Shown: positions 54,853 to 64,000 of the stretch, piece by piece | Numbering within the stretch: position 1 is the stretch's first letter | Layout of the letters: each line of letters begins with the position of its first letter | From: an uncultured Bacteroidales bacterium | GTDB taxonomy: Bacteria; Bacteroidota; Bacteroidia; Bacteroidales; UBA10428 | DNA: 64,000 nucleotides | Direction of reading: 5' to 3' | Assembly: GCA_964615995.1 (NCBI GenBank) | Contig: CAZTSR010000003.1 | Coordinates: 64,327 to 128,326 of the forward strand | Made by a program: the position numbers and the translations under genes | Notes under the pieces: generated by a model | What the model saw: the letters and a program-made list of their open reading frames with translations, nothing else | Told to the model about the DNA's origin: nothing | Databases searched by the model: none

Positions 54853-55000
54853 TTTCTATGATACTTATACTAAGTGAAATAATTCAGAGTTTGATGCTCT
54901 GAAACAAGATTGCTAAAGTAGGCATTTAATGCCGTTTTAACGTTTTTTTTTCATTGATTATATTAACAAATGCTGTTAAAAACCTTAAACAATTAATTCG

Positions 55001-55008
55001 TATATTTG
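55001..55008 (+). promoter_or_regulatory. -7 box TATATTTG upstream of clpC
   Basis: Exact TAnnTTTG match 39 nt upstream of the ATG at 55047. Confidence 0.45.
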
Positions 55009-55046
55009 CTATATAATAGAAATAAGAACCTGGAGTTATAAAATAT

Positions 55047-57626
55047 ATGGATGCAAAATTTTCGCAACGAATAAAAGATGTCTTATCCTTTAGCAAGGAA
55101 GAGGCGATAAGGCTGGGAAACAATGAAATAGCACCCGAACACATGCTATTGGGAATTCTGCGTGAAGGAGAAGGTGTTGCCATTGATATTCTGGTTTCTC
55201 TTGGGGCCAATTTATACCAGTTGAAAAAAGATGTTGAAGCCATTATAACGCCTACAGGACCAATTAAAATAACTGATACAGATAATGTACCTTTATTAAA
55301 AACATCTGAACGGATTTTAAAACTGGTTTATCTGGAGGCAAAATCTCTTAAGAAAAGTACCATTGATACCGGGCATTTGCTGCTGGCCATCATAAAAGAT
55401 GAAAACACCTCTGTTGCCCGTGTTATGTTCGATCACAATATCGATTATGAAAAAGTAAGAAAAGAACTTCTTCACGAGCATATGGCAGATTCAGAAGACA
55501 ACGAACCCCGTGCAGATTACCCGCATGAAGATGATGAACCCATGGGATCATTTGGATCTCAGGGTGGAAAAGGTTCCAATCCTGAGTCAGGTGCAAAATC
55601 CAATTCTGAAACTCCCGTGCTGGATAATTTTGGGACGGACCTGACTAAAGCAGCTGAAGAAGACAGGCTTGATCCTATTGTTGGCCGTGAGAAAGAAATC
55701 GAACGGCTTGCCCAGATTCTCAGCCGCCGCAAAAAGAATAACCCAATTCTTATTGGCGAACCCGGCGTTGGTAAATCAGCAATTGTAGAAGGTTTAGCGC
55801 TGCGGATCATTCAAAAGAAGGTTTCAAGAGTATTATTTGGCAAAAGAGTTGTTACGCTTGATTTGGCTGCAATTGTTGCCGGAACAAAATACCGTGGACA
55901 GTTTGAAGAGCGTATGAAAGCCATTCTGAATGAACTTTCAAAGACTTCCAATATTGTTTTGTTTATTGACGAGATACATACCATTGTCGGAGCTGGCGGA
56001 GCTACCGGATCACTGGATGCTGCCAACATGTTAAAACCTGCCCTGGCACGTGGAGATATTCAATGTGTTGGCGCAACTACCCTGGATGAATACCGTCAGC
56101 ATATTGAAAAGGACGGTGCTTTGGAACGCCGCTTTCAAAAAGTGATGGTGGAACCGACCTCACCGGAAGAAACCGTTGAAATTCTGAATAACATTAAAGA
56201 GCGTTATGAAGATCATCACAATGTAATTTATACAGATGAGGCCATTGACGCTTGTGTTAAACTTACCAACCGGTATATATCCGACAGGCATCTCCCGGAC
56301 AAGGCCATTGATGCATTGGATGAATCCGGATCAAGAGTTCATATTTCCAATATTCATGTTCCTGAGAAGATCATTGAACTTGAAAAGAAGATAGAAGAAA
56401 CCAAGAAGGAAAAAATAAAAGCTGTAAAGAATCAGAATTTTGAAAAAGCAGCAAGCTTCCGGGATAAGGAAAAAGAACTTCTTGAGTCGCTCGATGATGA
56501 AAAGAATAAATGGGAAAAAGAACTAACCCGTAACCGCCAGACTGTTGACGCTGAAAAGGTAGCTGAAGTAGTAGCCATGATGACGGGCGTTCCGGTTCAA
56601 CGTATTGCACTTGAAGAAGGCCAAAGACTGCTGAAAATGGGAAATGAGCTTAAAGGCAGTGTAATCGGTCAGGATGAAGCCATTAACAAAGTCGTAAAAT
56701 CCATTCAGCGAAACAGAGCCGGATTGAAAGACCCGAACAAGCCTATTGGAACCTTTATATTCCTTGGTCCCACCGGTGTTGGTAAAACCCAACTCGCTAA
56801 AGTTCTGGCTCAGTATCTGTTCGATTCCTACAATAACCTGATTCGCATTGACATGAGTGAGTATATGGAGAAATTTTCCGTATCGCGTCTTGTTGGAGCG
56901 CCTCCGGGTTATGTTGGGTATGAAGAAGGTGGCCAGCTCACTGAAAAGGTGAGAAGACGTCCATACAGCGTTGTGCTGCTCGATGAAATTGAAAAGGCGC
57001 ATCCTGATGTCTATAATATTCTGTTGCAGGTATTGGACGAGGGACAATTAACTGACAGCCTGGGCCGCAGGGTGGATTTCAGAAATACCATTGTAATCAT
57101 GACTTCTAACATTGGAACCCGGCAGTTGAAAGATTTTGGCCAGGGTGTTGGTTTTACCACACGTTCCAAAGAGGAAACTTCCAATGAATACACCAAAAGT
57201 GTTATTCAGAACGCTTTAAAAAAAGCTTTTTCGCCGGAATTTCTGAACAGAATCGACGATGTGATCATCTTTAATACCTTGACCAGAGAAGATATTCACC
57301 AGATTATTGATATTGAATTGAAGGGATTGTATAGCAGAATCATTGCAATGGGCTATCAGATAAAAATGTCAGAAGCAGCAAAAGATTTTATTGCAGAAAA
57401 AGGCTTCGATATTCAGTTTGGAGCCAGGCCTCTGAAGAGAGCCATTCAGAAATATCTGGAAGATCCTATGGCAGAGGTGATTATTAAATCAAATATGCGT
57501 GAAGGAGATAAGATTGTCATCAGCTTCAATAAAAAGAAGGAAGAAGTGATGATGAAGGTTTTGCCTGCAGCAGAAGCTGCAACCAGTGCAACCATCGAGG
57601 ATGTCGATGATGAGGCTACGGAGTAA
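55047..57626 (+). CDS. clpC: ATP-dependent Clp protease ATP-binding subunit (ClpC-type, with UVR-like linker)
   Basis: 859 aa. Clp_N repeats, Walker [10 protein letters not shown] and GPTGVGKT, and a UVR-like segment [17 protein letters not shown]. Confidence 0.93.
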   Translation: MDAKFSQRIKDVLSFSKEEAIRLGNNEIAPEHMLLGILREGEGVAIDILVSLGANLYQLKKDVEAIITPTGPIKITDTDNVPLLKTSERILKLVYLEAKSLKKSTIDTGHLLLAIIKDENTSVARVMFDHNIDYEKVRKELLHEHMADSEDNEPRADYPHEDDEPMGSFGSQGGKGSNPESGAKSNSETPVLDNFGTDLTKAAEEDRLDPIVGREKEIERLAQILSRRKKNNPILIGEPGVGKSAIVEGLALRIIQKKVSRVLFGKRVVTLDLAAIVAGTKYRGQFEERMKAILNELSKTSNIVLFIDEIHTIVGAGGATGSLDAANMLKPALARGDIQCVGATTLDEYRQHIEKDGALERRFQKVMVEPTSPEETVEILNNIKERYEDHHNVIYTDEAIDACVKLTNRYISDRHLPDKAIDALDESGSRVHISNIHVPEKIIELEKKIEETKKEKIKAVKNQNFEKAASFRDKEKELLESLDDEKNKWEKELTRNRQTVDAEKVAEVVAMMTGVPVQRIALEEGQRLLKMGNELKGSVIGQDEAINKVVKSIQRNRAGLKDPNKPIGTFIFLGPTGVGKTQLAKVLAQYLFDSYNNLIRIDMSEYMEKFSVSRLVGAPPGYVGYEEGGQLTEKVRRRPYSVVLLDEIEKAHPDVYNILLQVLDEGQLTDSLGRRVDFRNTIVIMTSNIGTRQLKDFGQGVGFTTRSKEETSNEYTKSVIQNALKKAFSPEFLNRIDDVIIFNTLTREDIHQIIDIELKGLYSRIIAMGYQIKMSEAAKDFIAEKGFDIQFGARPLKRAIQKYLEDPMAEVIIKSNMREGDKIVISFNKKKEEVMMKVLPAAEAATSATIEDVDDEATE

Positions 57627-57649
57627 TTTATTTTTATAATATGTTGCAG

Positions 57650-57677
57650 AGACGCCATGAATGGCGTCTTTTTTTTT
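57650..57677. terminator. bidirectional terminator AGACGCC-ATGAAT-GGCGTCT + T9
   Basis: Hairpin plus T-run between the convergent clpC and rimO genes. Confidence 0.8.
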
Positions 57678-57686
57678 GAACGGTCT

Positions 57687-59006
57687 CTACAGAATGGTAG
57701 CGAACAGGTCGAACTCAGCAGCATCTGTAACCTGAACCCGGTAAAAATCTCCAATTTTTACATGGGGTGTACTCACGGGAATCAGAATTTCATTGTCTAT
57801 TTCAGGTGAATCAGACTCTGAACGGGCGGTGTAAAAATCTCCTTCCTTACCATCAACTATAACTTTAATTATTTTACCTATCTTATTATCATTCAATTTT
57901 TTTGATATGTTTTGCTGCAATTCCATCAGCATGTCAGCGCGCTCCTTTTTGATGCGTTCTGCAAGGGTATCTTTATAATTTTTCGCGGCGTACGTATCAT
58001 CTTCCTCAGAATAAGTAAACACCCCCAGCCTGTCGAACTGTATTTCCGTTACGAACCTTCGTAATTCGTCAAATTCTTTTTTTGTCTCCCCCGGATGGCC
58101 TGTAATTAAGGTGGTACGTAATGTAATATCAGGAATTTGAGTACGTATGTAATTAATCAGATCATAGTTCTGCTGACGGTTGTGCCCTCGTTTCATCAGT
58201 CTCAATACTACATCGCTGCTGTGTTGAAAAGGAATATCCAGGTACTTGCAGATGTTATCTCTTTCTTTCATAATCCGGATGACCTTTTTGGGAAAGCCGG
58301 CCGGATAAGCATAATGCAGGCGAATCCATTCAATGCCTTTCACATCAGACAGTTGTTCCAGTAATTCAGGTAAAGCCCGCCTGCCATATAAGTCTGTACC
58401 ATAACGGGTAATATCCTGAGCAATTACTATGATCTCCTTAACACCCTGTAAAACCAGATTTTTGGCTTCCTGAACCAGTGATTCCAACGGCCGGGAAACA
58501 TGTTTGCCCCTGATCAAAGGAATGGCACAAAAAGAACATCTCCTGTCGCATCCTTCAGATATTTTCAGGTAAGCATAATGAGATGGGGTTGTAACCAGGC
58601 GGTCACTCACCAGATCCTTTTTATAATCTAAATGTAAATGTTTAATAACCGACTCTAAGTCGTTTACTCCAAAATACTTATCAACATCCGGGATTTCATT
58701 TTCCAATTCTTTTTTATAACGCTGCGACAGGCAGCCCATAACCAGAACATGGTTAATGGAGCCCTTTTTGCGGGCATTGATGGCCTCAAGAATGGTGTTA
58801 ATGGATTCCTGCTTGGCATCCTTTATAAAGCCACAGGTATTGATAACCACAATCCGGGCCTGTTCTCCTCTTTCATCTTCGCTATGAATTACCCGGATGT
58901 CATTGGCCTGAAGTTGCCTTAAAAGCACTTCAGAATCCACGCGATTTTTAGAACATCCTAAAGTAATGACCTTAATATAGGTGCTTTTATCAGATCGTAC
59001 CTTCAT
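57687..59006 (-). CDS. rimO: ribosomal protein S12 methylthiotransferase RimO
   Basis: 439 aa. MTTase N-domain VITLGCSKN, radical-SAM motif GCDRRCSFCAIP, and a C-terminal TRAM domain. Confidence 0.9.
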   Translation of the reverse strand: MKVRSDKSTYIKVITLGCSKNRVDSEVLLRQLQANDIRVIHSEDERGEQARIVVINTCGFIKDAKQESINTILEAINARKKGSINHVLVMGCLSQRYKKELENEIPDVDKYFGVNDLESVIKHLHLDYKKDLVSDRLVTTPSHYAYLKISEGCDRRCSFCAIPLIRGKHVSRPLESLVQEAKNLVLQGVKEIIVIAQDITRYGTDLYGRRALPELLEQLSDVKGIEWIRLHYAYPAGFPKKVIRIMKERDNICKYLDIPFQHSSDVVLRLMKRGHNRQQNYDLINYIRTQIPDITLRTTLITGHPGETKKEFDELRRFVTEIQFDRLGVFTYSEEDDTYAAKNYKDTLAERIKKERADMLMELQQNISKKLNDNKIGKIIKVIVDGKEGDFYTARSESDSPEIDNEILIPVSTPHVKIGDFYRVQVTDAAEFDLFATIL

Positions 59007-60451
59007 TTTTTGGCCAGCCTGCTTTTCCTAATACCATAAGTAAAATAAATCACCAGTCCTATTATCATCCATATAATCAGTCGCTCCCAGGTTTCCCAGG
59101 GCAAACTCATCATCTGCATCAGGCAAATAACTGCACCGATAATGGGTATAAATGGCACCAGAGGAGTTTTAAAGGGTCGATGTATGTCAGGACGTTTTTT
59201 TCTGAGTACAATAATGCTGATGCAAACAATTGTAAATGCCAGAAGGGTTCCGATGGATACCAGTTCACTCAGTATATTAATGGGCAGAATTCCAGCTACA
59301 AAGCAAGCGACAGCACCTGTAACAATGGTGGTTACATAAGGCGTGCGAAACCGCGGATGCACTTTTGAAAAGCTTTTTGGCAAGAGGCCGTCATTGGCCA
59401 TAGTAAAAAAGATTCTCGGCTGTCCCATTAACATCACCAGTATCACTGAGCTTAATCCGGCGATAGCGCCAATTTTAATCATTGGCCTGAGCCACAGTAA
59501 TGCATCACCTGTTTTATCAATGGCTAAAGCCAGAGGTGCCGGAACATTCAATTCTGTATAGTGAACTATACCTGTCAGCACTCCGGCGACCAAAACATAT
59601 AAAATTGTACAAACAAAAAGTGAGCCTAATATTCCAATGGGCATATCGCGTTGTGGATTTTTGGCTTCCTGGGCAGCGGTAGAAACAGCATCAAAACCAA
59701 TATAGGCAAAGAAAATAACCGCAGCTCCACGCAATACTCCGGTAAATCCGAAATTTCCAAACTCACCTGTAGGATTGGGCGGAATAAAAGGTTTCCAATT
59801 GGAAGTATCAATGAATGACAGTCCAAAACCGATAAAGAGCAATATAACAATAACTTTTACGGCCACTATCAGGTTATTAAATCTTGCTGATTCACGGATG
59901 CCAATAACTAACAGTGTTGACATCAGGGCAATGATAAACACTGCAGGAAAATTCACAATGCTTCCTGTTAATATCCATCCTTCCCCTTTAATGTAATCAA
60001 TGGGGGCGCTGCAAAGCTGAGCCGGGATGTTCAAACCATAATCTCCGAGAAAACTCACCATATATCCCGACCATCCGACAGCAACTGTAGAAGAAGCAAA
60101 AAGGTATTCAAGTATGAGATCCCATCCAATAATCCATGCAATAAACTCGCCCAGGGTAGCATAGGAATATGTATACGCACTGCCTGAAATAGGGATCATG
60201 GATGCGAATTCAGCATAACAGAGGCCTGCAAAAACGCATCCCAAGGCCGATATAATAAATGATAATACCAGTGCAGGTCCTGCATAATTTGCAGCTACAG
60301 TGCCGGTAAGAACGAAAATTCCCGTTCCTATTATAGCACCGATTCCCAGTGTAACCAGACTGGTTCCGCTAAGTGCCCGCCTGAGTCCGTGTTCTTTATC
60401 ACCAGCCTCCAGGAGAAGCTGGTCAACCGGCTTGGTTCGGAATATATGCAT
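59003..60451 (-). CDS. APC-family amino acid permease
   Basis: 482 aa. LRRALSGTSLVTLGIGAIIGTGIF is typical of the APC family. Its stop overlaps the rimO start by 4 nt. Confidence 0.9.
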   Translation of the reverse strand: MHIFRTKPVDQLLLEAGDKEHGLRRALSGTSLVTLGIGAIIGTGIFVLTGTVAANYAGPALVLSFIISALGCVFAGLCYAEFASMIPISGSAYTYSYATLGEFIAWIIGWDLILEYLFASSTVAVGWSGYMVSFLGDYGLNIPAQLCSAPIDYIKGEGWILTGSIVNFPAVFIIALMSTLLVIGIRESARFNNLIVAVKVIVILLFIGFGLSFIDTSNWKPFIPPNPTGEFGNFGFTGVLRGAAVIFFAYIGFDAVSTAAQEAKNPQRDMPIGILGSLFVCTILYVLVAGVLTGIVHYTELNVPAPLALAIDKTGDALLWLRPMIKIGAIAGLSSVILVMLMGQPRIFFTMANDGLLPKSFSKVHPRFRTPYVTTIVTGAVACFVAGILPINILSELVSIGTLLAFTIVCISIIVLRKKRPDIHRPFKTPLVPFIPIIGAVICLMQMMSLPWETWERLIIWMIIGLVIYFTYGIRKSRLAKK

Positions 60452-60526
60452 AGTAAATGATTTGATGTCGGGATCAAATATATTCTTTCTTGCAATACAA
60501 TGGTTGTGGAAAGTGAAAAAGGCGGA

Positions 60527-61483
60527 TTATTTTTCAGAAAAGAGCGTTTCAACAAAGTCTTCTCTGTCGAAAATCTGGAGGTGCTCAAGTTTCTCACCGA
60601 TGCCGATATAACGCACAGGAATGTTAAACTGATCGGAAATACCAATAACTACCCCACCCTTGGCTGTTCCATCTAATTTAGTAATAACCAATCCATTAAC
60701 CTGCGTTGCTTCAGTAAATTGTTTAGCTTGTTCAAAGGCATTTTGACCGGTTGAACCATCCAGAATCAATAACACTTCATGTGGTGCATCAGGAACAACT
60801 TTCTGAATAACACGCTTGATTTTGGAAAGTTCGTTCATGAGGTTGGTCTTATTATGGAGACGACCAGCAGTGTCAATGATCACAAGGTCTGATTGTCCTG
60901 CTTTTGCAGAATTTACAGTATCAAAGGCTACTGATGCAGGGTCACTTCCCATTTGCTGTTTTACAATAGGAACGCCCACTCTATCGGCCCAAATGGTAAG
61001 CTGATCAACTGCAGCAGCACGGAATGTATCAGCTGCTCCAAGAAGTACTTTTTTTCCGGCATTTTTATAGTGCCATGCCAGTTTTCCGATGGTTGTGGTT
61101 TTTCCAACGCCATTCACACCAACAACCATAATTACGTATGGTTTATGGGGAAGCGGAGCAGCAAAATCAACAGGGTGATCAGATTTATTTTCAGCAAGAA
61201 GTGCGGTAATCTCCTCTCTTAAAATATGATTGAGTTCACTGGTATTTAGATACTTATCGCGGTTTACCCGGTTTTGCAACCGCTTAATGATTTTAAGTGT
61301 TGTATTAACACCCACATCCGAAGAAATCAAAGCCTCTTCCAGGTTATCAAGTACTTCTTCATCCACTGAAGACTTTCCAATCACTGCCCTGGAAATTCTT
61401 TTCACAACACTTTCCTTGGTCTTCTCAAGACCCCGGCTCAGATCTTCCTTTTCTTGCTTTCCGAATAATCCAAATAGTGCCAT
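60527..61483 (-). CDS. ftsY: signal recognition particle receptor FtsY
   Basis: The start is chosen at MALFGLFGKQEKE (ATG 61481-61483). Contains GVNGVGKTTTIGKLA, DTAGRLH and TKLDGTAKGG. Confidence 0.93.
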   Translation of the reverse strand: MALFGLFGKQEKEDLSRGLEKTKESVVKRISRAVIGKSSVDEEVLDNLEEALISSDVGVNTTLKIIKRLQNRVNRDKYLNTSELNHILREEITALLAENKSDHPVDFAAPLPHKPYVIMVVGVNGVGKTTTIGKLAWHYKNAGKKVLLGAADTFRAAAVDQLTIWADRVGVPIVKQQMGSDPASVAFDTVNSAKAGQSDLVIIDTAGRLHNKTNLMNELSKIKRVIQKVVPDAPHEVLLILDGSTGQNAFEQAKQFTEATQVNGLVITKLDGTAKGGVVIGISDQFNIPVRYIGIGEKLEHLQIFDREDFVETLFSEK

Positions 61484-61572
61484 ATAAGGGTGTTTCAGTA
61501 GAACGATTGTAATGTAAAAAAAAAGGCTTTCTTCATATAAAGAAAGCCACATTTTTTATTGAGTAAAGATAT

Positions 61573-61728
61573 CTATTTTTCAGTAAAGAAGTCTTTTACA
61601 TGGTCCATATGGACAATTTCTTCCTTAAACATGTATGCATTGGTTTTGGGTGATTTCACCATTTTAATGCACTTTGCAAAGGATTTACCTGCTCCGGTCT
61701 TTAATGTTGCGATTACTTTCTTTGCCAT
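61573..61728 (-). CDS. DUF4295-family small protein (51 aa)
   Basis: Below the track size cutoff. Manual translation gives MAKKVIATLKTGAGKSFAKCIKMVKSPKTNAYMFKEEIVHMDHVKDFFTEK. It sits in the conserved Bacteroidota position between rpmG and ftsY. Confidence 0.8.
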   Translation of the reverse strand: MAKKVIATLKTGAGKSFAKCIKMVKSPKTNAYMFKEEIVHMDHVKDFFTEK

Positions 61729-61734
61729 GGTGTA

Positions 61735-61917
61735 CTATTTTATTTCACGATGTACGGTTACTTTTTTAAGAACGGGATTGAATTTTTTCATTTCAAGCCG
61801 TTCTGGAGTGTTCTTCCGGTTTTTGGTGGTGATATACCTTGAAATTCCGGGTAAACCACTATTCTTGTGTTCTGTGCACTCAAGAATTACCTGTATTCTG
61901 TTACCTTTCTTTGCCAT
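61735..61917 (-). CDS. rpmG: 50S ribosomal protein L33
   Basis: 60 aa. The sequence is [18 protein letters not shown]... Confidence 0.95.
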   Translation of the reverse strand: MAKKGNRIQVILECTEHKNSGLPGISRYITTKNRKNTPERLEMKKFNPVLKKVTVHREIK

Positions 61918-61934
61918 ATCCTGATGTGCTTATA

Positions 61935-62177
61935 TTAAAATGTTTTAATGTAACCTTTGGTTTTGGCTTCTTCCAATGCTTTTTTCAGTCCTACCTTATT
62001 GATCAATCTTATTCCGGCAGCTGATACCCGAAGATTGACCCAACGGTTTTCTTCCTGAAGAAAAAGTTTCTTATCGAACAGGTTCACATCGAAAGTTCTT
62101 TTTGTTCTGTGTTTGGAGTGGGAAACATTATTTCCAACCATTGCAGTTTTTCCTGTAATTTGACAAATTCTCGACAT
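61935..62177 (-). CDS. rpmB: 50S ribosomal protein L28
   Basis: 80 aa. The sequence is [21 protein letters not shown]... Confidence 0.95.
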   Translation of the reverse strand: MSRICQITGKTAMVGNNVSHSKHRTKRTFDVNLFDKKLFLQEENRWVNLRVSAAGIRLINKVGLKKALEEAKTKGYIKTF

Positions 62178-62265
62178 TTTCTAAATCAGTTTATTCGCTT
62201 TCTAAAAACAGGTTGCAAAGAACGTGATTTTTTTTCGAAATTTCAAGTATGCAATTAAAAAATAT

Positions 62266-63516
62266 TTATAAACAATTCATTATCTCTTCCCGTAGCATGA
62301 AAAGGGCAGCAATAGCGGCCTTTTGGATATTTCTGCTACGTTCATCCCCAAAGTTATACACACGGGCAACAATTCTTTTTTCTGAAGCCACGGCAATCCA
62401 TGTAGTACCAACAGGTTTATCTTCTGTAGCACCGTCAGGACCAGCAATTCCGCTTACAGATACAGCATAATCCGTTTGAAACTTCTTTCTGATGCCATCT
62501 GCCATCTGTTCAACAACAGCCTGGCTTACAGCTCCGTTCATCATAAGGGTATAGGAGCTCACGTTCAGTTCAGCTGTTTTGACCTCGTTGGAATAGGCAA
62601 CAATACCTCCTTTAAAATACCGCGAGGATCCCGGCACAGAAGTAATCATTGAACTGATGGTACCTCCGGTACAACTTTCGGCACAAGAGACAGTCTGGTT
62701 TTTCATAACCAGAAGGTCACCAACCACTGTTTCCAGGCGATCTTCATTATTTCCAAAGATATAAGGGCCAATCAAAGCTTTCAGATGATCTGTTTCCTGA
62801 TTTAATTTGGTTCTCAGGTCCTCAATACTGCCGGTGGCATAACCGGTTAACCGCAGCCGCAAAATGCCCGGAGCAGGTAAATAAGCCAGCTTAATTTCAT
62901 CGGGAAGATTCTTTTCCCAATCCTGAATGATATCAGCCATTTTCGATTCGGGGAGTCCGTGTGTCAGCAATGTATGGTGGAGAATCGGCGGCAAAGGAAA
63001 ACGCTCTCTGAACCGCGATTCAAGTTCTTCATAATAAATCGCTTTCATCTCATAAGGTACACCTGGCAGTGAAATAACGTTACATCCGTTTTTTGTAAAC
63101 CACATGCCCTGTGCTGTACCGGCACTGTTATGCAAAATTTCGCAATGATCGGGAAGTTCGGCCTGTTTAATGTTACGCTCATTGATAATGACGCCTTTAG
63201 CCCCTAAAAGTTTCCGGATATGCTGCAACACGTCTTCATTGTGTATCAGGGTGCATCCAAAGTATTCAGCAAAGGCAGGTTTGGTAATATCGTCGGCAGT
63301 AGGTCCCAAACCGCCCGTGCAAATCACCAATTGGGCGCGGCCAATGGCGTCGTCCAATGCATGAATGATCTCTTTACGGCTATCGGGGACTGAGGTAATG
63401 CGGATGACCCGGATCCCCAGTTTGTTTAACTCCATTCCCAGGAATGCTGAATTAGTGTCTACTACCTGCCCGATCAATAATTCATCACCAATGGTGATAA
63501 TTTCTGTCTGCATCAT
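62266..63516 (-). CDS. cinA: competence/damage-inducible protein CinA (MoCF-binding + nicotinamide-nucleotide amidase domains)
   Basis: 416 aa. Contains EIITIGDELLIGQVVDTNS and GGLGPTADD, plus the C-terminal CinA domain ESCTGG. Confidence 0.92.
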   Translation of the reverse strand: MMQTEIITIGDELLIGQVVDTNSAFLGMELNKLGIRVIRITSVPDSRKEIIHALDDAIGRAQLVICTGGLGPTADDITKPAFAEYFGCTLIHNEDVLQHIRKLLGAKGVIINERNIKQAELPDHCEILHNSAGTAQGMWFTKNGCNVISLPGVPYEMKAIYYEELESRFRERFPLPPILHHTLLTHGLPESKMADIIQDWEKNLPDEIKLAYLPAPGILRLRLTGYATGSIEDLRTKLNQETDHLKALIGPYIFGNNEDRLETVVGDLLVMKNQTVSCAESCTGGTISSMITSVPGSSRYFKGGIVAYSNEVKTAELNVSSYTLMMNGAVSQAVVEQMADGIRKKFQTDYAVSVSGIAGPDGATEDKPVGTTWIAVASEKRIVARVYNFGDERSRNIQKAAIAALFMLREEIMNCL

Positions 63517-63571
63517 GAATTCCTCATTTATTTTCTATGCAAAGTAAATGAAGCATGAGTGATTTTTTGCT

Positions 63572-64000
63572 TTATTCTTGAACAAATTTTGACGTTTTGA
63601 AATGGAAACATAATCCAAAATTCAAATGCATGGCTTTAAGAAACGTGTCATTGTGCAGTTGGCTCTCAACAGGAGTATAAGAATAACCTCCTTCGGCAAA
63701 AGCGCTTAGATTTCGGGCAAAAGTATAATTGACACCCGCACTGATTTTATACCCCAATGATCCTGATTCTCTTTCAACCTTGTTCATATCAGATGGTAAA
63801 GAAAACAAGGGGGGGGGCAATTGAAACTTTTGTATTGGCGTAAAAAGGACTTATTACAGCATAGAGTTGCATATTGTTAAAAATACCTTCATACTTGAAT
63901 TTGGAATGCACTTTAATAATAATGCCAAACCTGGTTATAGCAGAAGAAGCATTATTAAAAATGCCGACGTCTTCTCCATAATTCCATTTATCAAATCTGA
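63572..64000 (-). pseudogene. outer-membrane beta-barrel protein gene interrupted by a frameshift at a G9/C9 homopolymer (5' end beyond window)
   Basis: The upstream reading frame (...FYANTKVSIAPPP) and the downstream frame (PPPLFSLPSDMNKVERESGSLGYKISAGVNYTF...HFKTSKFVQE) join in frame only if the 9-nt run at 63809-63817 were 8 nt. Confidence 0.6.

Noticed and set aside
56523-57047. 174-aa minus-strand ORF, plus other antisense ORFs in clpC, gyrA, dnaE2, the ATPase gene (39715..40155) and the permeases
   Set aside because: They overlap strongly supported genes on the opposite strand and have no motifs of their own.

Overview
The window looks like a chromosomal segment of a Bacteroidota bacterium. 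Supporting signs are TAnnTTTG-type -7 promoter boxes, an rpmB-rpmG-DUF4295-ftsY cluster, GldL/GldM-like, PCMD and PorT-like proteins, and AT-rich intergenic DNA. I support about 50 CDS. I saw no rRNA, tRNA, CRISPR array, transposase or integrase. Housekeeping genes are mnmE, sucD, msrA, ccsBA, plsC, a cold-shock gene, a lipid kinase, pyrD, gyrA, clpC, rimO, ftsY, rpmG, rpmB, cinA and two APC permeases. There are five accessory blocks. (1) 3.9-9.0 kb: a large, internally duplicated HEAT-repeat protein whose two halves each end in a conserved His/Asp/Cys module (invariant DCHSD). It is translationally coupled to a fused double radical-SAM/SPASM enzyme. This is my best candidate for an undescribed protein-modification system. 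(2) 10.8-13.5 kb: a PadR regulator followed by two paralogous membrane proteins built from 60-aa GldL-like hairpin repeats fused to a GldM-like helix. (3) 17.5-24.3 kb: a dinB / dnaE2-like mutagenesis cassette with a divergent XRE-HTH/S24 LexA-like repressor and a duplicated two-site palindromic operator module. (4) 37-40 kb: a stand-alone PP2C/SpoIIE phosphatase followed by a coiled-coil ABC-type ATPase with a Toprim-like tail, which is a defence candidate. (5) 1-3.6 kb: an ArsR-controlled thiol-redox/arsenical-type operon. Intergenic DNA carries a dispersed family of 7-8 nt tandem-repeat mosaics, a nested palindromic REP/MITE-like element, and a G9 tract that frameshifts an outer-membrane barrel gene. 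All functional calls come from motif recognition by eye; no database search was possible.
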